A stretch of DNA of 64,000 nt, taken from an uncultured bacterium. GTDB taxonomy: Bacteria > Actinomycetota > Acidimicrobiia > Acidimicrobiales > VFJN01. The notes below the pieces were generated by a model, which was not told the origin of the DNA, ran no database searches, and saw only the letters and a list, made by a program, of their open reading frames with translations. How positions within the stretch are numbered: the first letter of the stretch is position 1; the number at the start of each line of letters is the position of its first letter. Location: assembly GCA_963813485.1 (NCBI GenBank), contig CAWEZE010000011.1, forward strand, positions 15,698 through 79,697, read 5' to 3'. Both the position numbers and the translations under genes were made by a program. This document shows, in pieces, positions 19,852 to 28,823 of the stretch.

Positions 19852-20655
19852 ATGCCCGACACCGTCACCCCCTCGCGGCGTGTCCGCCGGACCTGGCTCA
19901 TCGTCGGCAGCCTCGTCACCGTGCCCGTGTTGCTGTACGGCGCGATCGACGTGGCAAGCGCTCTGGCGCACGAGGAGCGCACCGAGGTTGCCAAGTTCGA
20001 CGCCGGTGGCCTACAGAGCGTCGACGTCGACAACGCGGCGGGGTCGGTCCGCATCGTCGGTGTCGAGGACACCGACACGGTCACGGTGACCGCTCGCATC
20101 AGCGATGGCTTGCGGGCGACGGGACACGACGTACGGCGCGAGGGTGACCGGCTCGTCGTCGAGGGCACGTGCCCGACGTTCCTGTCGGACTGGTGCAGTG
20201 TGCGCTACACGATCGAGGTCCCGTCGGATCTCGCGGTCACCGCCGAGACGGACAGCGGCCGGGTCACCGTCACCGACATCGCCGGCGACGTCGAGGCGTC
20301 GTCCGACGATGGCCGGATCGAGCTGGCCCGGATCGAGGGGAACGTCGTGCTCCACAGCGACAACGGCTCGGTGACCGCCACCGGGATCCGGCGAGCCTCA
20401 CGCGCGGAGGCGACATCCGAAAACGGTCGCGTGCGCCTCGAGTTCCTCGACCCGCCCGACGACGTGGTGGCCACCTCGGACAACGGCTCGGTGGACGTCG
20501 TGATCCCCGACGCCGGCGCCATCGCCTACAGGGTCGACGCAGACAGTGACAACGGCACCGTGTCGTTCCCGGTCCGCACGGACCCCGACGGCGACCGCAC
20601 GATCACCGCGACATCCGACAACGGCGACGTGACGATCAGCTACGCCTTGGACTGA
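19852..20655 (+). CDS. DUF4097-like beta-strand repeat protein with an N-terminal membrane anchor
   Basis: ORF 19825..20655 trimmed to ATG 19852. TM helix WLIVGSLVTVPVLLYGAI, then repeated D(N/S)G(S/R)V motifs (AAGSVRIVG, DSGRVTVT, DDGRIEL, DNGSVTAT, ENGRVRL, DNGSVDV, DNGTVSF, DNGDVTI). Confidence 0.75.
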   Translation: MPDTVTPSRRVRRTWLIVGSLVTVPVLLYGAIDVASALAHEERTEVAKFDAGGLQSVDVDNAAGSVRIVGVEDTDTVTVTARISDGLRATGHDVRREGDRLVVEGTCPTFLSDWCSVRYTIEVPSDLAVTAETDSGRVTVTDIAGDVEASSDDGRIELARIEGNVVLHSDNGSVTATGIRRASRAEATSENGRVRLEFLDPPDDVVATSDNGSVDVVIPDAGAIAYRVDADSDNGTVSFPVRTDPDGDRTITATSDNGDVTISYALD

Positions 20656-23036
20656 TGGAGCCGGCCGCGCCGCCGGCCCATGGTCAGCCGCCGGCCGACG
20701 ACGACGTCGAGGAGTCCGTCGAGCCCGTGCGAGCCCGTCGACGACGGCGGCGCCGTCGAGGTGGGCGCAGTGGTGGTCGTGGTCGTCGGGCACGGGTTGG
20801 GTGTCGTGGTGGTGGTGCTCGTCGTGGTCGTGCCGCTGGTGCTCGTCGTATTGGGATCGCACGGCACCGTCGTGGTCGTCGTCGACGTCGTGGGGGCCGT
20901 CGTGGTCGTGGATGGCGCCGTCGTCGTGGTCGTGGACGGGCGCGTCGTCGTGGTCGTGCTACCCGGTGTTGCCGGCCGTGTGGTGGGCGTCGTGGTGGCT
21001 GGGGGCGAGGTCGGCCTGGTTGTGGTGGGTGGCCTTGTCGGTCCGATCGTGGTCCGGTCGCCGGCGCGGCGCGGCACCGCAGTGCCACCCGCAGCCACGC
21101 CGCCGGTGTCGGGGGCATCGGTCGAGACCTGGCCTCCAGTCGAGGATCCACCGGCCCCCGAGCCGAGGATGCTGGCCCATGCCAACAGCTGCGAGGTGAC
21201 GGACCGTTCGCAGTTCACGTCCCGGGAGAGCTCGCCGCCGCTGAACCACTTGAGGGCCCGTATGAAGTCTCCGCAGCGTTCGGTGTCCTCACGCACGCTG
21301 GGCCGGAACCCGACGGCGATGTTGACCGCGGCCATGTCATAGCGGTCGGCGGCGTGGTTGATGTCGCGGGCCACGGTCCAGTACCAGGCGGCGACCTGGG
21401 CGCTGGTCGTGGAGGTGGCGGCGAGGTCGGGTTTGGCTTCCAGGTCCAAGCCGAGATCGGCTCCCGCGGCGCGGTAGTTGAAGTCGCCGGTCAGCTGGAT
21501 GAAGCCGCGGCCTCGGTACGTGGAGGGATTGCTCGCCTCGACGGCGTCGGCCCGGAAGTCGCTCTCGTTGTGGATGGTCGCCAGGAACGCGGCCTTGCGG
21601 GCGGGGGTGGTGGCCCCTGCCCGGAGCATGGCTTCGTTCAGAGCCGGCAGTTGGGCTTCGACGGCGGCCTCGTCGGCGAAGGGGCCGAAGATGGCGTCCA
21701 GGTCGTCGAGCGTGACGAGGTCGAGCCCGTTCCAGTCGCCCACCAACGGCAACAGGTCGGCCGCGGGCTGTGCGTCGGTCTCCACGGTGGTGGCCCTTCG
21801 GGTGGGCATCGCCGGGTCGGGGCCTGCGAGCTCGAACGTGGCCGTCGCCCGCTGGTAGATGCCGACGGTGTCGCGGCCATCGCCGTCCCAGTCGCCGACC
21901 ACCGGCACCTCGGCAGCCCGGGGGGTGCCGAAGGCGACGGGGGGAAGGTCGCCGCCGGACTCGTTGCGCAGGCGGAACTGGCCGTCTCCGGCCCGGTAGA
22001 GGCCGAAGCTGTCGCGGCCATCACCGTCCCAGTCACCCACGACCGGCAACACGTCGTCGGCACCGGGCAACCCGAATCGGACGCCCGGCAACGTCCTGCC
22101 CACGTCGTCGCGCACCACGAACGTGGCGTCGGACCGCCGGTACAGCCCGACGCTGTCGCGCCCGTCGCCGTTCCAGTCGCCAGCCACCGCCACCACGTCC
22201 GTGTCGCCGGGAGTACCGAACCGGACCGATGCCGACGTCTTGCCGGCCTCGTCCCGCAGCCGGAAGGTGGCGTCGAGGCGCCGGTAGATGCCGACGGTGT
22301 CGGTCCCGTCGCCGTTCCAGTCGCCCGCCACCGGCAGCGTGCCACCCTCAGGAGCGTGGCCGTATCCAAACGCCGGCAGCGCCGAGCCACCCTCGATCCG
22401 CAGCTCGGTGCTGGCCCGGGACCGCCGGTACAGGCCCACCGCGTCCGCGCCGCCACCGACCTGGCCCGGTGTCCAGCGGCTTATCAACCCGAACGGGTCC
22501 ACCGTGCAGGGCTCACTGCTCGACAGCTCGCCGCACCGGTTGATCTGGAAGTGGATGTGCGACGGCGTCGTCCGCGCATTTCCCGTGTGGCCCACCCGAC
22601 CGATCAGCTGGCCCCGTCCCACCCGCTGCCCGGCGGTCACATAGTTGGCCGAGTTGTGGGCGTACCAGTAGGCCACCCCCGAATCACCCAGCAGCCAGAT
22701 GCTCAGGCCGCCGTTGCTGTCGTCGGTGCCGTCGACCTTGGCGATGACGCCCGGCTCGACGGCAACGATCGGCGAGCCCTCGGGGGCGAAGATGTCGTTG
22801 CCCTTGTGCTTGCGCCGGCAGCCGTCCCGGCAGGCATGCCAGTCGTCGGAGAACGACGCCTCGTACGGCGCCGGCACCGGGAACGAATTGATCGGCGGGA
22901 CCACGGCCAGCTCGGGTGCAGGCTCCGGGTCCGGGGGTGCCGCCCCCGCCTGCAGGGGCAGCAGTGACGCACCCAGGCCGGTGAGGACCAGGGCAGTGAC
23001 GAACGCCCGCGCGGTCACCCTCGACGCCGACTGCAC
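20640..23036 (-). CDS. secreted multidomain cell-wall hydrolase: M23 peptidase + FG-GAP/VCBS-like repeats + GH19 lysozyme/chitinase-like domain + Thr/Pro-rich tail
   Basis: ORF 20640..23036 (798 aa). Signal peptide (ALVLTGLGASLLPLQAGA). M23 motifs HKGNDIFAPEGSPIVAV and GHTGNARTTPSHIHFQI. Four to five ~48-aa repeats of GDW(N/D)GDGxDxxGxYR. GH19-like FLATIHNESDF...YRGRGFIQLTGDFNY...AWYW. About 130 aa of T/P-rich low complexity. Confidence 0.8.
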   Translation of the reverse strand: MQSASRVTARAFVTALVLTGLGASLLPLQAGAAPPDPEPAPELAVVPPINSFPVPAPYEASFSDDWHACRDGCRRKHKGNDIFAPEGSPIVAVEPGVIAKVDGTDDSNGGLSIWLLGDSGVAYWYAHNSANYVTAGQRVGRGQLIGRVGHTGNARTTPSHIHFQINRCGELSSSEPCTVDPFGLISRWTPGQVGGGADAVGLYRRSRASTELRIEGGSALPAFGYGHAPEGGTLPVAGDWNGDGTDTVGIYRRLDATFRLRDEAGKTSASVRFGTPGDTDVVAVAGDWNGDGRDSVGLYRRSDATFVVRDDVGRTLPGVRFGLPGADDVLPVVGDWDGDGRDSFGLYRAGDGQFRLRNESGGDLPPVAFGTPRAAEVPVVGDWDGDGRDTVGIYQRATATFELAGPDPAMPTRRATTVETDAQPAADLLPLVGDWNGLDLVTLDDLDAIFGPFADEAAVEAQLPALNEAMLRAGATTPARKAAFLATIHNESDFRADAVEASNPSTYRGRGFIQLTGDFNYRAAGADLGLDLEAKPDLAATSTTSAQVAAWYWTVARDINHAADRYDMAAVNIAVGFRPSVREDTERCGDFIRALKWFSGGELSRDVNCERSVTSQLLAWASILGSGAGGSSTGGQVSTDAPDTGGVAAGGTAVPRRAGDRTTIGPTRPPTTTRPTSPPATTTPTTRPATPGSTTTTTRPSTTTTTAPSTTTTAPTTSTTTTTVPCDPNTTSTSGTTTTSTTTTTPNPCPTTTTTTAPTSTAPPSSTGSHGLDGLLDVVVGRRLTMGRRRGRLHQSKA

Positions 23037-23111
23037 GCCAAGCAGGCTAGGCCAGCGGGGCGCACGGATGAAGGGCGCCGCCGCCAGCGGTCGGGCGAAG
23101 GCTTGTCGACG

Positions 23112-23133
23112 CCCGTGAACGCCCCGTGAACGC
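23112..23133. repeat. tandem 11-mer CCCGTGAACGC x2 in the divergent leader region
   Basis: Read directly: 23112-23122 and 23123-23133 are identical. Confidence 0.9.
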
Positions 23134-23255
23134 CGGCGTCCGTCGACGGTTCGGGACGGCGGTGCCGTCGACCCGTGCCATCCGACGGCACGGGCCCGGC
23201 GGCGGCGTCACGCCCTGGGGATGAGCCCGCGACCGGCCCCGGAGGACACCGAACG

Positions 23256-23651
23256 ATGACCGAACTGCATCCCAACGTCACGACCTACCTGCACGCAATC
23301 GACGCCTTCAACCGGGACGACCTCGCCGCCGTCCACGACCTCGTGCGCAGCGACGTCGTGTACCGGATCCCCGGCCGCAGCCGGGTCGCCGGCGAGTTCC
23401 GTGGCATCGACGGCTTCGCCGAGATCCTGCGCCGGTTGCGGGACGAGTCCGGCGGGACAATCGCGCTCGAGCCCGTGACGGTGCTCGCCGACGACCAGAA
23501 CCTCATCGCCCGCTGCCGCGTGACCGCGGACCGGGACGGGCGGCGCCTTGACACCGAGAACTGCTACGCGTTCCGCTTCGTCGACGGCAAGCTGGCCGAC
23601 GGCATCGTGTTCGTCTCCGATCCCCATCATGTCGACGAGTTCTGGTCCTGA
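23256..23651 (+). CDS. SnoaL-like / NTF2-fold protein
   Basis: ORF 23175..23651 trimmed to ATG 23256 (GGAGGA 9 nt upstream). MTELHPNVTTYLHAIDAFNRDDLAAVHDLVRSDVVY...CYAFRFVDGKLADGIVF. Confidence 0.75.
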   Translation: MTELHPNVTTYLHAIDAFNRDDLAAVHDLVRSDVVYRIPGRSRVAGEFRGIDGFAEILRRLRDESGGTIALEPVTVLADDQNLIARCRVTADRDGRRLDTENCYAFRFVDGKLADGIVFVSDPHHVDEFWS

Positions 23652-23754
23652 CGGCTCCGCGCCACGCGCTCGAAGATCGTGGGGACGAGCAGCTGCTCGT
23701 AGGCGTCGGCGCTGGAGCCCGTGAGCTGCCAGCCGTGCTCGAGGTCGCGCGCGG

Positions 23755-25012
23755 TCACGGCTGCCGGCCCGCGATGTGCTCGACGATGTGGGCGGCGTCG
23801 GCGCCGACACCCGCGAACACTGCGGATGGCTGGGAGTGGAGCCAGGGCAGGCCCACCGCGTACAGGCCGGGGTGGGTGGTGACTCCCCGGGTGTGGCGGG
23901 GGTAGCCCCACTCGTCCAGCACCGGAAGGTCGACCCAGCCGAAGTCGAGGCGGTACCCCGTGGCCCAGACGACGGCGCCGATGCCGGTTGCGTCGAGGTC
24001 GAGCTCGGTCGACGTGGCCGGCGTGAAGTCATCGGGCGCAGGCCGGTCGTCGGGTGGCGCACCGATGCCGGCTGCGGCGTCGTAGGCGTCGAACAGCGGG
24101 CGGAAGCGCTCGTCGAACCCGCGGTCGGCGAAGGCCAGCCGGTCGGCAAGGTCGTCGCTGAACCGCACGGTGGTGCCGTCCGCCGCCTCGAGCCGTCCGT
24201 ACAGCCGCATGCCGCGGCGGGCGAACTCGCGCAGGTCGATGTCGTGACCCCCGTCCTTGCCCGACACCTGGGGTTGGCAGGCGAAGCGCGCCGCGGGAGA
24301 CGGCAGGTCGTCGACCGTCGGGACGGGGATCCCGTGATCGGCGCCGTGCTGGAAGACCCGGACCAGCCACCAAGCGACGTCGCGGCCCCGGTAGCGGCGC
24401 GGCGCCCGGGGACACATCGACACCGCGATGTGCACCTCGCCGGCCTGCCTGGTGCAGCTCCTCCGCGATCTGCACGCCCGACTGGCCGGAGCCCACGACC
24501 AGCACGGCCCCGTCGGCTAGCTGGTCGGGTCGGCGGTAGTCGTGCGAGTGCAGCTGCTGGATGGATCCCGCCAGTCCCTGGGATGCGGCGGGAACCTTGG
24601 GCTGCGGGTAGGGCCCGGTCGCCAGCACGACGTTCCGGGCCCGGAAGGTGGTGGCGTTGGTCTGCGCCTCCAGATGGCCGTTCGAGGCCGAAAGGCGATT
24701 GACGCCGGAGCCCAGGCGCACCGGCGCGTCCACCGTGCCGGCGTAGCGCCGCATGTGCGCGACCACATCGTCACGGGCCATGAACCCGTCGGGGTCGGAC
24801 CCGTCATAGGGCATGCCGGGCAGCAGCAGGGTGAAGTTGGGTGCCACCAGGCAGAAGCTGTCCCACCTGTCCAGCCAGGCACCGCCCAGCTCGTCGCGGC
24901 AGTCCACGACGACATGCTCGACGCCCGACTCCGTCAGCCAGTAGCTCGTGGCCAGGCCGGCCTGGCCCGCCCCGATCACGAGGGTGTCGATGCTCTCGAA
25001 GTTCTCGGCCAT
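23755..25012 (-). pseudogene. FAD/NAD(P)-binding flavin monooxygenase-like oxidoreductase, single frameshift
   Basis: ORF 24029..25012 gives the N-terminal part (DTLVIGAGQAGLATSYW, VLVVGSGQSGVQIAEELHQAGR). ORF 23755..24435 continues as EVHIAVSMCPRAPRRYRGRDVAWW...VVWATGYRLDFGW...GLYAVGLPW. The junction near 24438-24446 needs a 1-nt correction. Confidence 0.75.
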
Positions 25013-25266
25013 ACCGGCAACGCGTGACGCGCCGTGCCACAGAACGGCACAGGTGGAGGCGGCGCCAACGTCGGGGTGGGGCTACCCCCACCGGGAAGAC
25101 GCCGGGGCGCTCCATTCACGCTCCGAGGGTCCGTCCGTACCGTCGGGAGCATGAGCGAGCGCCCCGAAGGGCGAGAGAGCGAGCCCGGCCCGAGCGGCCG
25201 TGGGAGCGGACAAGCAAAGCGTCGGAGCCCGAGCGGCCCGCTGCGAAGCAGCAAGAGCGGAGAACA

Positions 25267-26132
25267 ATGACTGCGAGCGACGTGATGACCACTACGACGG
25301 CCGGGTTGGGCGCGTCCCCCGCTCCCATCGCGGTCCGGGCCGAAGAGGCGGTGAAGGTGTACGGCAAGGGCGCCACCGCGGTGCGCGCTCTGGACGCCGT
25401 GAGCCTGGCCCTACCCGCCGGGCGCTTCACCGCCATCATGGGACCCTCGGGGTCGGGCAAGTCGACCCTCATGCACTGCCTGGCGGGGCTCGACACACTC
25501 ACGTCGGGCCGGGCGTTCATCGGCGAGGTGGACCTCGGCCGGCTCCCGGAGAAGGAGCTGACCCGGCTCCGGCGCGACCACGTCGGCTTCGTGTTCCAGG
25601 CGTTCAACCTGCTCCCGATGCTGAGCGCAGGGGAGAACATCACCCTGCCGCTCGACCTGGCCGGAAGGAAGAGTCGGACAAGCGCTGGGTCCGCAGCATC
25701 GTCGACACCGTCGGGCTCGGCGACCGGCTCGAGCACCGTCCGGCCGAGCTGTCGGGCGGCCAGCAGCAGCGGGTGGCCGTGGCCCGAGCACTGGCTAGCC
25801 GGCCCTCAGTGATCTTCGCCGACGAGCCCACCGGCAACCTCGACTCCCGGAGCGGCGGCGAGATCCTCGCGTTCCTGCGCCGGGCCGTCGACGAGCTCGG
25901 CCAGACCATCGTCATGGTCACCCACGACCCGGTGGCGGCGGCCTACGCCGACGCCGTCGTGTTCCTCGCCGACGGTCGCGTCGTCGACCAGATGCCGGCC
26001 CCCACCGCCGAGCGCGTGCTCGAGCGCCTGCAGGGTCTCGCCCTCCGGCGAGACCCGGGCCCGAGCGGCCGGCCACGTCAGGGTGACGAGCGACACGCAA
26101 GAGCGGGAAACACATCGGCGTTCGGGAGCTGA
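25267..26132 (+). pseudogene. ABC transporter ATP-binding protein, single frameshift
   Basis: From ATG 25267: Walker A GPSGSGKST...ENITLPLDLAGRK, then out of frame. The frame of ORF 25200..26132 resumes DKRWVRSIVDTVGLGDRLEHRPAELSGGQQQRVAVARALASRPSVIFADEPT... The indel is near 25670. Close paralogue of 14749..15504. Confidence 0.8.
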
Positions 26133-26137
26133 TCGTC

Positions 26138-28678
26138 ATGTGGAGGACGACAATCAAGAGCATCGGTGCCCACAAGCGGCGCCTGCTCGCCACCAGCTCG
26201 GCCGTCGTGCTGGGCGTGGCGTTCCTGTCGGGCACCCTCGTGCTCGGCGACACGATGGAGACCGGCTTCGGCGACATGTACAGCGAGGCCAACGCCGGCA
26301 CCGACGCGGTGGTGCGCAGCAGTACCGAGGTCGGTGACGACGACATCAGCGAACGTGGCCTGCTCGACGCCTCGGTCGTCGACGACGTCGCCGCGGTCGA
26401 CGGCGTCGCCACGGCCGTACCCGAGGTCTCCGGGATCGGCCAGATCGTGGGATCCGACGGCGATCCGCTCGGGGGCAACGGCCCTCCCACCCAGGCCGGA
26501 AACTGGATCGCGGATCCCGAGATCAACCCCTGGCAGATCGCCGACGGCCGCGCTCCCGAGGGGCCCGGCGAGGTGGTCATCGACAGGGCCTCGGCCGACA
26601 AGGGCGATCTTGAGGTCGGTGACGCCACCGCCATCCGCACCCCTGAGCCCGTCGGGGTGACCGTGGTCGGCGTCGCGACCTTCGGTGACGCCGACAGCGC
26701 CGGCCCGCAGACCTACGCGGCCTTCACCACCGAGTTCGCCCAGCAGGTCCTGCTGCCCGAGCAGGGTCGGATCTCCGACGTCCTGGTGGTGGCCGACGAG
26801 GGCGTGAGCCAGCAGGAGCTGGTCGACCGGCTGGGGCCGGCCCTGCCCGACGGGACCGAGGCCCTCACGGGGGCCGCGCTCACCGACGAGCAGCAGTCCG
26901 AGCTCCAGGGCGACTTCCTCGGGTTCTTCAAGGCGTTCCTGCTGGTGTTCGCCGGGATCGCCCTGGTGGTCGCCACGTTCAGCATCTACAACACGTTCTC
27001 GATCCTGGTGGCCCAGCGCACCCGGGAGTCGGCCCTGCTGCGGGCCCTGGGAGCGTCGCGCCGCCAGGTTCTGGCCTCCACGGTGGTCGAGGCGCTGATG
27101 GTGGGCGTCGTGGCGTCGGCCATCGGCGTGGCCGCCGGCGTGGGCCTCGCCGCCGGCCTGAGCGCGCTCAGCGAGTCGGCGGGCTTGGCCGTGGCCGGAA
27201 CCGCCCTGGTGGTGGAGACGTCCGCACTGGTGCTGGCCGCCGTCGTCGGCGTGGTGGTCACGCTGGTCGCCAGCGTCGGCCCGGCCGTCAAGGCCTCCCG
27301 CGTCGCGCCCCTGGCCGCGCTGCGAGACGTCGCCGTCGACCGGTCCGGCGCCTCGTGGGTGCGCGGCCTGCTGGGCGTGGTGGTCGCCGGCGTCGGCATC
27401 GCCGCCACGGTCGGCGGCACCGCGGGCGACGGCTCGCTGCCCATGACCGGCGTGGGTGCGCTCCTGGTGGTGGTCGGGTTCGTGCTTCTCGGCCCCGTGG
27501 TGGCTCGCCCCGTCGCGGGTGCCGTGGGCGGGCCACTGACCCTCCGGCGGGGGATGAGCGGCACGCTGGCGCGGCGCAACGCCATGCGCAACCCCCGCCG
27601 CACCGCCGGCACGGCGTCGGCGCTGATGGTCGGCGTCGCGGTCGTAACGCTGTTCACCGTGGTGGCGGCGTCCGTCAAGCAGTCGATCGACGACACCGTG
27701 TCGGAGCAGTTCGCCGGCGACCTGGTCATCGCGCAGACGGACTTCAGCGGCGCCGGGCTCACCCCTGAGCTGGAGCCCGCCGTCGGCCGCCTCCCCGAGG
27801 TCGACGCGGCCACGGGGCTGGGCAACGCCCCGATGGTGATCGACGGCGACGACGACGTCGCCACCCTCATCGAACCGACGTCGTTCGGGCGGATCCTCGA
27901 CCTTGACGTCACGCATGGCTCCATCGACGAGCTGGGCGACCGGCAGGTGGCGCTGTACACCGACTACGCCTCGGACAACGGCCTCGCCCTCGGCGACCCG
28001 GTGCCCGTGTCGTACTCGGACGGGACCAGTGACGAGCTCACGGTCGGGGCGGTCTTCGGCAACGACGAGCTGGTTGGCAACGTCGTGCTCCCGAAGGCGG
28101 CGTATGCACCACACGCGGCCACCCGGGCGAGCGACGTCGCACTGCTCATCGACTTGGCCGACGGCGTCTCGACCACCGACGGTGAGGCGGCCATCCAGCC
28201 GGTCGCGGACCGGTTCGGGGCGCCCGATGTGCAGGACCGCCAGGAGTACGTCGACTCGGTTGCCGGCCAGATCGACCAGCTGCTCACCATCATCTACGTG
28301 CTGCTGGTCATGGCCATCGTGATCGCCCTCATGGGCATCGCCAACACGCTGTCGCTGTCGATCCACGAGCGCACCCGAGAGCTGGGACTGCTCCGGGCGG
28401 TGGGTCAGAGCCGGCGGCAGCTGCGCCGGATGGTGCGCGGCGAGGCGCTGGTGGTGGCCCTGTTCGGCACAGTCGGCGGGCTCGGCCTGGGGACCTTCCT
28501 GGGCTGGGCGATGGTGAAGACGATCGAGGCCGCCGAGGGGCTCGGGGCATTCGCGGTCCCGACCGGCCAGCTCGGCGTGGTCGTGGCGCTCGGCGCCATC
28601 GTCGGGGTGGTCGCGGCGGTCCGCCCCGCACGCCGGGCGGCCAAGCTCGACGTCCTCCAGGCGATCGCAACGGACTAG
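26138..28678 (+). CDS. ABC transporter permease with two FtsX domains (MacB-like, 846 aa)
   Basis: ORF 26138..28678 (MWRTTIKSIGAHKRRLLATSSAVVLGVAFLSGTLVLGDTM...). Collinear with 12110..14653. GGAG precedes the ATG. Confidence 0.85.
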   Translation: MWRTTIKSIGAHKRRLLATSSAVVLGVAFLSGTLVLGDTMETGFGDMYSEANAGTDAVVRSSTEVGDDDISERGLLDASVVDDVAAVDGVATAVPEVSGIGQIVGSDGDPLGGNGPPTQAGNWIADPEINPWQIADGRAPEGPGEVVIDRASADKGDLEVGDATAIRTPEPVGVTVVGVATFGDADSAGPQTYAAFTTEFAQQVLLPEQGRISDVLVVADEGVSQQELVDRLGPALPDGTEALTGAALTDEQQSELQGDFLGFFKAFLLVFAGIALVVATFSIYNTFSILVAQRTRESALLRALGASRRQVLASTVVEALMVGVVASAIGVAAGVGLAAGLSALSESAGLAVAGTALVVETSALVLAAVVGVVVTLVASVGPAVKASRVAPLAALRDVAVDRSGASWVRGLLGVVVAGVGIAATVGGTAGDGSLPMTGVGALLVVVGFVLLGPVVARPVAGAVGGPLTLRRGMSGTLARRNAMRNPRRTAGTASALMVGVAVVTLFTVVAASVKQSIDDTVSEQFAGDLVIAQTDFSGAGLTPELEPAVGRLPEVDAATGLGNAPMVIDGDDDVATLIEPTSFGRILDLDVTHGSIDELGDRQVALYTDYASDNGLALGDPVPVSYSDGTSDELTVGAVFGNDELVGNVVLPKAAYAPHAATRASDVALLIDLADGVSTTDGEAAIQPVADRFGAPDVQDRQEYVDSVAGQIDQLLTIIYVLLVMAIVIALMGIANTLSLSIHERTRELGLLRAVGQSRRQLRRMVRGEALVVALFGTVGGLGLGTFLGWAMVKTIEAAEGLGAFAVPTGQLGVVVALGAIVGVVAAVRPARRAAKLDVLQAIATD

Positions 28679-28823
28679 CGAGCAATCGCCTGGTCGGCTC
28701 GGCTGGCTCTCCCCCACCCGCCACCGGGCCCCGGAGCACCTCTTCCCCAGGGGGCTCCGGCGCGTCCGGCCTGCGGGCTCCGAGCGGGTTGCGGCGAGTT
28801 GCGGGCGGCGCGTTGTCCCGCCG

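Noticed and set aside
20700-21130. Highly repetitive GTCGTGGTCGTGG-type DNA that could be mistaken for a repeat array
   Set aside because: It is the reverse strand of the Thr/Pro-rich coding tail (ACC/ACG codons). There is no regular repeat-spacer periodicity, so it is not a CRISPR array.
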